A DNA stretch of 63,319 nucleotides, the filler included, from Bigelowiella natans CCMP2755 (lineage: Eukaryota; Protista; Cercozoa): NCBI GenBank assembly GCA_000320545.1. It is 6 parts of 6 records of this genome, joined end to end, with 100 filler letters (N's around TTAATTAATTAA, not from the genome) between each part and the next. Parts side by side here need not be neighbours in the genome. Positions count along the whole stretch, not along the records: positions 1 to 30,893 come from ADNK01001105.1; 5 more parts are not named here. One strand, given 5' to 3'. The position numbers and the translations under genes are program-made. Below the pieces are notes generated by a model. The model ran no database searches. It saw only the letters and a program-made list of their open reading frames with translations, and was not told where the DNA came from. This document shows positions 13,310-27,602 of the stretch, piece after piece; positions within the stretch are counted from its first letter, which is position 1, and each line of letters opens with the position of its first letter.

Positions 13310-13664
13310 TAATCCTACTGCTCCAACTGCTACTGCGACTGCCACGCTGCTGCTACTACTACTTGCGAGATCCGTGAGCTTGCTGATATCATCACTCTCC
13401 CCGATGCCCTCGATTGCCATCGCCATCAGCTCTTCCGCAAGGGCCTCCTCCATCACCCCTTTACCGAGAAGGCCGAGGTTGTTGGACGCGCGCGCAAGGT
13501 AGCGCGCAATGCTCCGGGGCTGCACCAAGGGAAGGGGCTCCGATGCCCCTATCTTGAGCGCGACTATTGATTGTGATGAGACATGGCGCGGGGTGGGGGG
13601 GAAGAAGGGAAACGTAACGTAGGGAGAGAGGACAGGAGCGTTAGGCACTCACATCCCAAAAAAG

Positions 13665-13706
<42 letters not shown>

Positions 13707-13890
13707 GGTGAATGAGGAGGACGGACAAGGGAATGGGGGTGGAGGGAAAATTGCTGCAAAATATGGTGCTCGATAGGCTTCGGTGATGGTAGATCCCACA
13801 AAAGAAAATTAGAAATGAAAGGAGCTAAATATTACTCCTGGAGGTCATTTCTCCACGGAGGCCTTGATCATGAACGAGGAGCTCCGCGCT
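10566..13890 (-). CDS. Arc1p/AIMP1-like aminoacyl-tRNA synthetase cofactor: GST-like N-domain, Lys/Ala linker, EMAPII-like tRNA-binding OB domain (5' end uncertain)
   Basis: Exons encode LVQPRSIARYLAR...LLGKGVMEEA, STFLGS...LGDLAVYAALHP, RWFDFIQ, AKKAAKKAAKKAK, IGRVDFRVGLIEDA, VNVGALGKKQVVSRL...MKGRKVILIVNL, SQGRIMCG, VGERVAF and final VSAGMALYSDLAFGTTAGPCTCPGITDGTIA* (stop 10566). Confidence 0.8.
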
Positions 13891-13976
13891 TATTGCTCCC
13901 TGAAGAGAGATATCGATGCGATGTGTATGTGAGTAAGTAATATCAGAAGGGAAAGGGCGGTTGCGAAGTTGCAACA

Positions 13977-15399
13977 CTAACGAAATGGTAAATACTTCCT
14001 AGCAAAAACTAGAGATCTGGCCCTACAAATCAAAGAATCATCTGTGATTCTGGAGCAGTAAAGAGGGGGAAAACACAATGTGATGTCTTGTTCGTATGCG
14101 CGTCGAGCATCGCCGAAGCAAAGTTTCATGGCGCTGCCAATCTCTGCTTTCGTATCTCTTTCGCTCAGCTCATTGTATGTATACTACGACATGCATGCAA
14201 TTACACGTCCATGTATAATCTCACTTACCGGGTCTGAGTCATCCCGAATTTTGAGGCGCTCAGGATACAGACGGCAGAAAGCGGCCACCGTTTTAAGAAT
14301 TTCGTTCCTGCGAGAGCAGATGATGTGCAGGTGTGAAGGCATTTAGACGCGCAATCGGTATACATACTATATGTAGTGTGTTCTATCTGAAAAATCCTGT
14401 CAAAGAGGTGCACGCTATTCTTCATTTGGCTGTCTGTACGTACGTGCGAAGGGAGCGAAGGTGCAGCTGCAATTCGGATTGGGAGAGTTTCTTCAGTGTT
14501 TTCTGCTCCGGGCTACGAAAATAAAACATAAGAAAGGCAAGGTTTATCGTAGCATGTTATTTTGAGAGGAAAGCTCTGCAGAAGAATCACTCTGAATCAA
14601 GCGACGGTGCCGTGTGTCTTCACAACTCACATTCATGCGCTGAAAGAAAGGGGTGGGGTCTCGAGATATTGCTTCGTGTGTACAGAATTTGTTCACGCAC
14701 CCTTTATACAGGCATAGCGTCATGGGAGAAGCGGACTTGGCCATCGCCTGGACTCTTAGGTAATAGACCGAGGATGGAGGGGAGGCTGGGTGAGGGTTGG
14801 ATCCGATTTAGAGCGTAAAGAGAGCTATGGTTAATTGTCGCACTAAAAAAATTCTATGAGTTTTCTGAACGACTGGAATTAGTCTTAGCGAGGCCATGAA
14901 ATTACGGAAATAGGAGCTCGTCGGTCATGCGTTAGTAATTTCTCGCTTGAATTTCGATCTTATTTCCTACATTTTCGAGTTTCCCGTAGATGTTTGTCCT
15001 TGGAAAATTTCCCAGGAATACTCAATGCGCTGTGCGGTGGGTTTGGAGGTTCAAATGTAATCCTTAATATTTCGTCTCTGCGACATGACTCGAGTTCCAA
15101 AACTTGTTGATATTTCGTCACTCACAGAAAGCAAGAAAAAAATTCAGGTTGTTGGAAGGAATTCACGCACGATGAAATTAGTTCTATTTATTTATCTTTT
15201 CGGAGACTGGCAGACCTGACCAGACTTTGAACTCTAAATACGAAAAAATGTGTCCCAGTGCCTCACTCAGAACCTCGCAAAAAGTCCAATTTTCCCCCTG
15301 AATTCTATGCAATTTTAAATTTCTTTCAGATTCCGAGGCATTGATACATCTGAACCTTGAGCGCAATCTGTGAGAATGTGCATTTCTAACCACCTTCAT
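13977..15399 (-). pseudogene. Putative F-box-like gene, possibly degenerate
   Basis: EVLSEALGHIFSYLEFK (~15280-15228) resembles an F-box, and RNINKFWN lies downstream but is preceded by an in-frame TGA. Later plausible exons read GTKFLKRWPLSAVCILSASKFGMTQTR|IYNELSERD. No clean full splice path was found. Confidence 0.3.
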
Positions 15400-15787
15400 A
15401 GTTACTAGTGTCAAATAATGGACTATGAATATTGTAAAAGACTTCCCAAATTCGATGTCGCTATTCAATATAGATCTAACATAAATATTATTCTTTTTGA
15501 CAGCCGTGCCGACAGTGCTGAAAATAGCTTGAAGCGATCATGTCCGCCCCCTGCCCTGACTTCCTTACCATTCACTACCTTTTGGTTTTTATTTCCTCGA
15601 GAAAATTTTGTGGAATTGGGGAAATGAAGGGATCGGGGAATATGTCTCCCTACATTACTTACGACTGTTGAAAGTAGTGGTCGCACAAAAGACTCGACGT
15701 ATTTGTGCACAACCAAACCTCAAAACTTTAATTGAGGTTTTCTTTTTATTGTATTTCACATCGGTTGACGTCATTTCACCAGACACT

Positions 15788-17868
<2,081 letters not shown>

Positions 17869-18019
17869 TATTCAAGTTGCTTCCAGCAATGCAGTATAAA
17901 TAAACCTAAGCTGCACTGTGGAGCATATATTACATGCACGACGTTGTCTCTAAAATCAATTATTTTCCTTGGTATTGCACATACATATTTATACACACTT
18001 GTATGTCTATGCGAATATC

Positions 18020-18756
18020 AAATCAGCCATGCTTGAACCTGTGGCTGCGATCTGCGGATCACGATGGCGACATGCCTAAGTTGATGTTTGTCATGATCTT
18101 GTGATGCTCATATTACATAGTATAATAGCATCTAGCTGGAGCATAGGTTCGTTGCAAACGTACAGCATTCGTGCATCATGTGGCTGCTGTTGCATTCGCT
18201 ATAGCTAGCTATAGGCGGCCGGGTGACTGCATGTCTAGATGTGTACTCATGCTACATGTTATATGCACTAGCTAGCTAGTGCAGCCTGATGTGAGAACAT
18301 GTAATGAACAATTAACGCGGTATAGCGGCTAGGCGGATGTCTCGGCTAGCAGCTAGGTAGGCTAGTAGCTAGGTAGGCACAGTATTAGTGTATTAGCAGC
18401 AAGTCTACATGCGACGGATGGGACTATGCGATAATAATGAAATGATTTTTTTTTCCATTCGTCATCAAAATATGTAGCTAGCTAGCCGCAGCTTTGCACA
18501 GCTGTAGCTAGGACAGATGACTATTGAAAAAATGTAGCCACTTCATTGCATCGCCGGCTCACACAATTATACATCCGTACGTCTCACACATCTGGCCATT
18601 GTCATCAGCCATGCTAGCATGGTGCCTGCCTGCTGCAAGTGCTAACAAGCAATAGAAACACATCGTGCCACACGATGATGTGGACGTATTATTAGAATAA
18701 TGTTCTTCTGCGGAAGAGATAGCATCTAGATAGCGCACGATCTAGCGATACATGCA

Positions 18757-18760
<4 letters not shown>
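18020..18760. other. CTAG/CATG-rich block between convergent Rpt2 and release-factor-like 3' ends
   Basis: Dense GCTAGCTAG, CATG and TCTAGA words with no coding signal. Confidence 0.65.
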
Positions 18761-18802
<42 letters not shown>

Positions 18803-19081
18803 TCGCATATAACGTACCACATCGTTACGGAACATGCAAGCATAGTATATGTACATGTCGCATAGCAGCAGCACACCGATGTAGCTATAAAAATGATCAC
18901 TAGTGCTGTTAGCATTGCAGACTTTCTTGCTTCGCTGCACGATATATACGTGAGAATCTTTGGACATTTCGTATCGTAACGATATGATGACAATAACCAT
19001 TTTGATAATAAATAGCTAGAGAATTTGCATAACTGTAGAAATTCTAACCTCGCTACAAAACAGAACTACAGGAAATGATAG

Positions 19082-19963
19082 TCATCGTGACTTTAGTGGA
19101 TTGAGGCCATTTTGCTGTCGAATTGACTGTACCGAAGCTAAGAAGACTTTATCTGCAAATGCTATTCGTGTAGCAGCGCTAGAAGTAATGCCAAAAGCCT
19201 CAGCTGCTGGTCTGAGTTGGCCTTTGTTTCCTGCCAGAACATCAAGGAATCTTGCAACGAAAAGTGGGTACCCCTTATTCGAGGCGCTGATTCGCCCTTT
19301 CGTTCCAGGGAAATTCAAGTGCTGGCCATCCACCATCACAAATGGATGTCTGATATCTGCCGCAAGCTTGATACGAAGCCTGAGTTACACACACCAGACT
19401 TTTTATTTCAAATATGTGACCTCGCCAAGCAATACACGATATGCAAACATATCATTGGTATCATATCGTCGTGACCTTCTGACTGCCATGTCGGTGTTCA
19501 GCTTTAATTCTCGATGCTCACATGCGGTTGCCGAGATTCCTGTTGCGATGTGGGTCACTCTAGCACATGTCTCGACCTTGTTCCTGTGCTGACCTCCTGG
19601 TCCAGACCCACGGTACCGCTTCGACTCACAGTGCTGCTTAACAAAAGCGTCGTCCCCTTCCAACAGCATGTCATAGAATTTTTCTTGCTCGGGCTGACTT
19701 CTACTGTCCTCTGTTTTGTCCGCCTCCGCCGAGGCTTCACAAAAATAGCGCGGTCGGCACGTCGATTGCCCAAGGGGGTAACACTCTCGCAGGCGGCCGG
19801 ACGCGCCGAGGCCTCGCAGCTGTGCACGAAGAAATGATGATCGTGCGATTGAGCTAGACAGGAGGATTTTCAGCGGCGCAGTTCTCATGATTGGCACGGT
19901 AATGGTCGCTGCTTGCACAGATAAGCAGAGAGTCGGAACCAGCAGGAGGGGTGTGGCTCTCAT
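19082..19963 (-). CDS. Class-I peptide chain release factor-like (GGQ) protein with a putative bipartite plastid-targeting presequence
   Basis: YRGSGPGGQHRNKVETCARVTH motif. A 96-nt intron (19475-19380) joins AVRR to LRIKLAADIR...NKGYPLFVARFLDVL...AAEAFGITSS...IRQQNGLNPLKSR*. The N-terminus MRATPLLLVPTLCLSVQA (signal-like) is followed by an S/R-rich stretch. Alternative upstream ATG at 20014. Confidence 0.85.
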
Positions 19964-20459
19964 TGCTCCATAGTTCTGGAGACACCGCTCCGTCCAAAAT
20001 TTCACGAAATCCATCTTGCTTGTTGTACTGGGCTAAAATTTTATAGGAAGTTTACGGTATCAAAAATGCACCAAAATGTCAGAAATGTTTTGAGTGTCAT
20101 TAAGAATCCGTCAGAGGACCGATATTTGCCTGATTGTAGCAACTCCGATTATCTTCCCACATCTCACAACAAATACAACAGTTTTCCTCGTATTCCGCAT
20201 GTGTATTGTTTGGTAGATATCTGTCGTACCGAGGAAACCCCATGAATTTTGCTTCGCTTCGCTTCCGTTCTGCCAGCTTCGGAAGCAGAAAGGTCAAGCA
20301 ACCTGTTGTCTGCGATGGTGTTGGATCAAAAGGCTTTTGTGTTTCCCTTTTGCCCAGTCTAGCAGTGGTCCAACAGACTTCAAGGCAGCGACCGACTTGT
20401 CGTGCATGAGAACTGGAACCTGACGCTTGCACCTTCTTGATCATCCTTCCAAACCAATG

Positions 20460-21130
20460 GCACCCACGTGCTAGCGTGCAACAGGTTGTTGGAAGTCATC
20501 TTTGCTGTGCTTCAGCCCCTGTTTCTTGTTTTGGCGCACAGTGAAAGCGCAAGTGTGTCCAGGTGTGGCGCAGCTTGGCAATCGCCTGTGATGATGACAA
20601 TCAGCGCATGCCAGCATGGTTCAAATCCACGTGCAAGGAAACAAGTCAACACAATGCAGCAGTGTGGTCGTCCAAGCGTTGCGTGACTCACGTTTGCTGG
20701 CTCTTGGCATTTTCATTTGGCATGTGGGCTAGCGCCTAGCTAGCTGCGCAGCTCAGCACTCGGCGTGCGCCGACCACCAGCTAGACCGTGCAATGAGCAT
20801 CGCACGCACGCGCGTCGTGGTGTGACAGGGCACGTGGTGACATCTCATCATGCAATGCAGGCATCGCTCATGGCATGCACGACAATGCTGACACATGCGT
20901 GCATGCACAGCCACGCTAGCACGCTCATGCCGCTAGAGACAAAATGTGACCCGCCGTTGTGATGCGACGGGATTGCCGACAGCTGGAGGTAGCTAGGTTA
21001 GCACAGGCTGTGCTGTGGCTCCACACTTCGTTGAGGGCTACATTCTACGTTCATCATGCTGACCCACAATTGCTAACTAGCTAAGCAAGCACGCATTTCC
21101 TTTTTGCGCAAACAACGGCATTGCTGCTAC
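20460..21130. other. CTAG/CATG/TGCA-rich, TpA-poor block downstream of the REJ-GPS receptor stop
   Basis: GCATGCAC, GCTAGC and CATG are dense, TpA is rare outside CTAG, and CpG is abundant. Confidence 0.65.
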
Positions 21131-21250
21131 GCCAAATTGTGGATCGAACTGTAGATTTTCATGGTCTCTCCCGGCATGAAATGAATGCAATGTGCTTTGA
21201 TGTAGATATTTGCAAACCATTTTTTTTTATCGTACATGAATCAATGACGC

Positions 21251-21939
21251 TTAGGAATCATCCATGAATAAAGGTTCTGGCCCCACATTGCTGTCCTCAT
21301 CGTCAGATATCCATTCACTGGCACTTATATTGAGCATCTGTTGCCGTGCTTCGTAGAAATCCGAGACGTGAACCTTACCAGAAGTTACAGCACTTGAGTA
21401 ATGCCGATATTGGTCTCCTCCAATGACAATGTTGTCAGCGCTCGCACCGGGTAGCTGGAAGCCACTTTCACCATTGGCACTGTGTTGTGATCTCCTTTTC
21501 TCATCTTTCGATGTTGGCTGCTCAAAGAAGACATCGACAGTGTCGGACATCGCATAGGCGATTCTGAAGGCCTCTGTCGCCTGATCAGCGGTTTCTACGT
21601 TCTCTCCGTTTATGCGGACGACACGCCAGCCTATCTCGATTCCCGAACTTCTTCCCTTTTCAAATACGTGATCCACGCGTAGATCTTGGCCAATTGTGCA
21701 TGTTGGTTCGTCGCATGGCAGGGTGATGCAGCGGACATTGCGCTTTGAGGAAAGACTGTCCTCATCGACATTGCTGACGCGGGTGTGGTGGAAGCAGCAG
21801 CATACGAGCGCACAGCAGGGGCCAAGCAGGGCCACCTCAAGCAGAAAGATCACGAAGACCCGCAAGGATATCTGTGGGTGCAGGGAAGAGGAGGCAAGTT
21901 AATTTTTTCTCTTTCTCCCACATGTGTTTCAATATGCTA

Positions 21940-21977
<38 letters not shown>

Positions 21978-22911
21978 GTGTGTGTGTGTGTGTACAGCAC
22001 AGGTTCCACATAACCACTGCCACAACAACTAGTAGTAGTATTGATAGTAGCAGTGCTGCTCGTGCATGCAATGGACATGACAGAGCTATATTCGGTGTCG
22101 TATCGTACCGATTGCCCTAGGGCTAGAATCGTAGCGAGCACCGCCTTGCCGTTGGTAGCGTTTGCACGGTAGGATAGCGTGGCGATGAGGAAGGAGCAGC
22201 CCAGTATCAAAATTAGGCAAATGGAGATGCCGATCACGTCGCTCAGTAGCATCACTTCGTGAGACTCCTCTGCTCGGAACTTCCAATTAATTGTTGATTG
22301 TCTGCGCTGAAGCTTAGACAAGGCCGATGATGATGCGGCATCGTCGTCCTTGAACAAAGCCATGCTGTCGCGACGACGCAGCTTCTTCTCACTCTTCGCC
22401 TCTAGCTGCAGCTCTCCGCTGTGGTTGTTGTCGCTGGATTTAGGAGAGCGCGATGGCGGCGTTGACGCCTTCTTCGTTCGTTCGCCGCTCATCCACCCTG
22501 CAGTCGCACCTGAGTCCCCGTGCACGAGTGTTAGGAAGTATATACAGGGAGGGGAGGGGAGAGGAGAGGAGAATGAAAGAGAGAGAGAGAGGGGGGGGGG
22601 GGGGGGGGATGTACAAATGGACTGACCGACTGCTGCGCCACCCACAACTGCATGATCTTCTGCCTGATCTTCTGCCTTTTCGTCATCATCCTTATGATCC
22701 TTATCTTCTCCAGCACCAGCCCCATCGTCATTCCCTCCGTCGCCCTCGCTCTCCATTGGCACTTCGACGTCCTCCAAGAGAATCATGAGGAAAGCTAGGA
22801 TAGACAGACCACTCCACACTTGGAACTTGACCAGGTACTTATTCGGGACGGGCCGTGAGAAGAGCCAGATTAGGCAAAATGGAACTGGGAACGCCTGCGA
22901 TTGGTTTGTAT

Positions 22912-22942
<31 letters not shown>

Positions 22943-23022
22943 TTCTTCTTATTCAAACGAACATACTGAATGGACAAGTAGTAGATGCTCGGTGTCGTTG
23001 TTACTTTCACGCTCGTATATTC

Positions 23023-23070
<48 letters not shown>

Positions 23071-24614
23071 CCTCTCCGTGCGCACACATAAGTTAATCTT
23101 CATACTGAAATATGACAGGGCAAACGTTTCTTGCTCACCAATAAACAGGTCACGAGACCAACCGCAGCTGGCCCCGGCAGTATAGAAACAGACTGCGACG
23201 TTCCGAGGAGGAGACCGCACACGGCAGCAGAATTGAGTATGATGACGGTCAATAGAAGGAGACGTTTCTGCGCGTTCATGTAATCCCCATTGGGTCGGGC
23301 TAAGACAGCGAACCACGGGTGTTTCCGGCGCAACACCCACTTTACACCAGAGCATAAGTTCTGGCACGACCGCTCCCCTGTCGCGTGTGTTTTTCGCGCT
23401 GTGTTCCAGCTGAGGAAGGGGGGGCAGGGAAGGAAATGGGTGGATGAGGTTTCTTGAGTATAGCATCGCTTGCAAATGAGAAGAGCAAATACCAATGTTT
23501 CCATTTGCAAAACGCATCGATATCCTCTTCCACCCCCCCCCCCCCTTTCCGCAAACATGACAATCATGCCACAGGAAAGGGGGAAGGCGCACCACACGCG
23601 ACACAACCATACCTTCTCCAAAAGCTCCTCTCGATCTTTGCGACGGACTCAGTTCCCTGCTGTTGCATCTGATGCTGGTCGTACATTCTCGCAAATGGGG
23701 CGAGTAGCAGCGCCAGGCCAACAATGGAGATAACGAAGGCCATCATTCCATTCTTTGCTGGATTGAGGGAGTTGGTGTTTGTAACGTCGTCAGAGCTCAG
23801 CTGGTTGACCTCTAATCGCACCTCTCTCCGGACTTCGCTTGTGAATGATGTCAGATGGAAGCTCTTACATTGCAAGCGTCCATCCGACGACCTTCCTGTC
23901 GCCATCACTCCAGCCGATGCCCACGTACTTCCTGTTTTGTTCCAAAACACGCAGCTCGACGAGAGCGAGGAGAGGGACGAAGGTGATGACGACGAGCTGG
24001 AGTCCTGGAGGATTTGTGTGGTGGCATTTCCCCGTGGAATGGAGAAGAGGAAGGGCTCGGAGGCGTTGTTTATCTTGATCTCTTGGCCAGTAGAAAAGTC
24101 GGCGACTTCGATACTGATCAGTCCTTCGCTGAAACCTGGGAAAGGAAGCATCCAAGACTCCATGATGTTGTTTGACAACAACAGCGAACAACACTGTTTC
24201 TATCACTTTACTATAACTACCGCTACTACTACTACTCCTACTACTGCTACCGTCACATTTCATGTCCAATTACGACTCTCTCCCAACCCACCACCCCCTC
24301 CCCCCCCTCACGCTCTTCCTCTTTCCTCACTATTTTACTGCTCCTCCCATTTCACTCGCTCCCATGAAAGAGTGCAAGTGTGAAACCTGGCACGGTGTTG
24401 TTGGGGGGAGGGTAGAGACTATCGCCAGCAATCGTGAGCACCGAAAGCTGCATGGGAGTCGAATTATACTTCTGAGGAAAGGGTGGGAACTGCACCGCCG
24501 ATTGTCCCATCGCCAATGAGCTTCCTACGTAAATTATCATCGCGGCGGTGAGTCAGAGATGCCGCGCACACACATACACACACAGAGACACAAGCACGCA
24601 GAATTCAGAGAGAG

Positions 24615-24654
<40 letters not shown>

Positions 24655-25449
24655 GGAAACGAATGTATTCCCAAATTTTAATTCTAAAGTTATGGTCTTT
24701 TGTCCTACTACGGCGTCATCATCGCATGAAAAAGGGTAATAAGAGGTCGGTCGTTACTTGCTGCGTCTGATCCAGTCAAGACCCTAGCTGCCATTCTTAT
24801 CTGGACCCTATCTTCCCTCTCGAGAGAACTCGAGTTACTTTGCTCCTCACCTTCCACGGCGCTGCTCACCATCGCGGATTGGAGATTCCTTATGACGTTA
24901 TCAACCCCATCGATAAATCCTGTCCCACGCTCTTGCCCCGAGGCAGCTGCGGAAGATTGTTGCGACGATGACGACGAAGACGATGCTGAGAGTAGATTAG
25001 AAACCGCGGATAAAGCCGTAGAGACAAAGTCAGTGACCGAGCTGTCGTCCCCCAGGTCCCGATCGGACGAGGTGAGGTTTTTCAGCATCGACACAGCTGT
25101 TTCTCGAGTCCTCACATCAATTTCAGCAGGATCCACGAAGTTGGTAGTGGCCTCAAGCAGAGCTGTGGAGGTACTAGCGCTCAGCCGCCCATTCGTTCGC
25201 GACTCCTGGCTCAAGAGGTCCATCAGGCCTGTGCGCGAGAGGGGAGGGTGGTAGGAGAGCGAAGGAGGGAAGGTTATAAATAAATATTTTGCTGAGAAAA
25301 AATGAACGAGTCCTGACGATTTGATGATCCCATTCCTTATTCGACAGCCATCCCGCTCCTCTCTTCATCATCATCATCACTTGCTTCTAGTTTCAGTGGA
25401 GGCAATCAAATTCTCTCATTTTTCTTCTCCTCCCCCACACCCTCCCTCT

Positions 25450-25488
<39 letters not shown>

Positions 25489-27532
25489 CTGTCTGAATCC
25501 TCACGACGTACCTTTACGCGTGGATTGACCGGAAGAGACGTTGACCTTCTGCTCGCGCCGTGATACTTCGAGGTAGGAAATTACACCAGCGAACTCGGAG
25601 GCGAAGGTCTCGGTGTCACCCTGCTCCAGCAGCTCCCCGAGGTGCGTCTTCTCCTCGACTAGGGCCAGGGTTGTGGGCTGGGAGACGCTTGCCGTCATCT
25701 CAATCACCGCTGCTGCGCCAAGGCTATCGACGATGCGAGCACGGAGGTTCACTGTACTGCTGCTGCTGCTGGTGGTGCTGCTGCTGTCGCCACTGCCGCC
25801 GAGCTTCGTTTCGAAAGAGCCCATACGCCGCGGTGCGCATAGGTCAAAATACCCCTTCCCCGTTGTGGTCGTTTTCGCTTGCCACTGGTACCTGTATGTA
25901 AGCATTCAATGGAGGAGGAGGAGGAGGAGGAGGAGGAGGAGGGTGTTGGAGAGGAGAAGAAGACCGATGGTATACGTTTAATGATATTGAGATACAAGGC
26001 AAAGTAGGGACGGTTGATGCGGCTTGTTGCTTAAACGATAATGGCGTTTCTCTTCTCGCTAGCTGCCTCTCCTGCCCCCTCCCCCCACCTCCTCCTCTCT
26101 CTCCCTATCTCTCCCTCCCTCTCCGTGCGGGCGCGCGCGTGTGTGTGTGTGGATTGTGAGGCTGTCGCTTACGTGAGAGGCAGGTCCTCGTCACTCCATC
26201 CCACACAGCTGAAGGCAAACATCGTCTGCAGTGCCACGCCGCTCGTAGGTGCAAGGCTGCATGAGCCAAGACGAGGAGCTCGGTTCGTGATCACGTTAAT
26301 CTCCGCCTTACCATAGAAATTTGACGCGGGCGACTTCGCAAGCACTCGGAAGGTGTACGTGAGGCCCGGCAGCAGCAAACCGGAAGGAAGAACCAGGTAG
26401 TTCCGCGACGAGAATTGGGAAGAGTGCTGTTGGGAGAGAGCGAGGTCCATATTGCCAGAGGTGCAGATCCACGAGACGTTGCGGCTTTCCACAAACGTCT
26501 CGCTCTTCCAGTCTACGCTTGCTTCAAGGCGAATCTGAATATTGATAGTTCCAGTCGGTGTGAGAGATAGGGAGGGGGAAAAGGGGGAATACATGTCCTC
26601 TTATTTGGCCATCTTCTGTTCTCCCCCCCCACCCCCCCATAAAGTGTAAGTTCGACGTGCATTTCCTCTAATCCCCCCCCCCCCTCCCCCTCCCCTTATA
26701 TCCTCCTAATCAACTTGATGACCAAGATGGCACCAAGAGGATACTTGCTCAAGAAACAAATAAATACACAAATGGATCAGTAATAAAAGCAGAGGCGAAA
26801 TCATATCGCATGACAGTCTTAGCGAGGGCTGATACTATCAAGTCCATGCCAATGCCAAGCAAAACAAGCAACGACCGAGTTCTTGATGTCCAGCTTTTCG
26901 GTAGGCGCAGCTGAAGCGCCGCCGGCCTTAGACCTCATCCTCCTCTTCACTCGTACTTCAGGAACCTCCCCGCTCGTCACAATCTCTAGGATCTGCGTCG
27001 CATTGGAACTCCCTGTCGCCCCGCTAGAGTTGCGGCTCACGCTCACGCTCACGGTGAAGACGGAACTTGTGCTTGAGCTCGCGGGGAGCTGCAGCTGCGA
27101 GGTGGAGATGCTCAGCCTCTTCCTATCGTTCTGTGATAGAAGATAGGCCCCGGTGCCATTTTGTATCGACCAGCGGTAGGTTACAGCAGGGGGGGGGGAC
27201 AGTCCCGACGTAGCTAGGCTGGCCGTGAATGAGAGCGTTTGAGGTTGCGAGATCACAGAAATTGTCCTTTGCAGACCCCCCTTTATGTATACGCTCAAGG
27301 GCTCTTCTTGTACTGTGACGAAGAAAGCTATGCTGGAAAAACCCAGCGTACTTGCTCCCTCCAGCACCGAGGAAACGCTTGCAGTGAACCTGTAGGTATT
27401 GCCTGCACTCAGCGTGTTTGGCTTAAGGCTGAAGAACAAAGTAGTCTGGGAGCTCACGCCCTCGATGTTGGGGGGGTCGGACGTCCATATCGTGTCTATT
27501 TTCACTAATAGGAGAAATTGGCCAGAATGAGG

Positions 27533-27602
<70 letters not shown>

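Noticed and set aside
20100-20444. 114-aa minus-strand ORF upstream of the RF-like gene
   Set aside because: No recognisable motif or splice context. It may be a relic or chance ORF.
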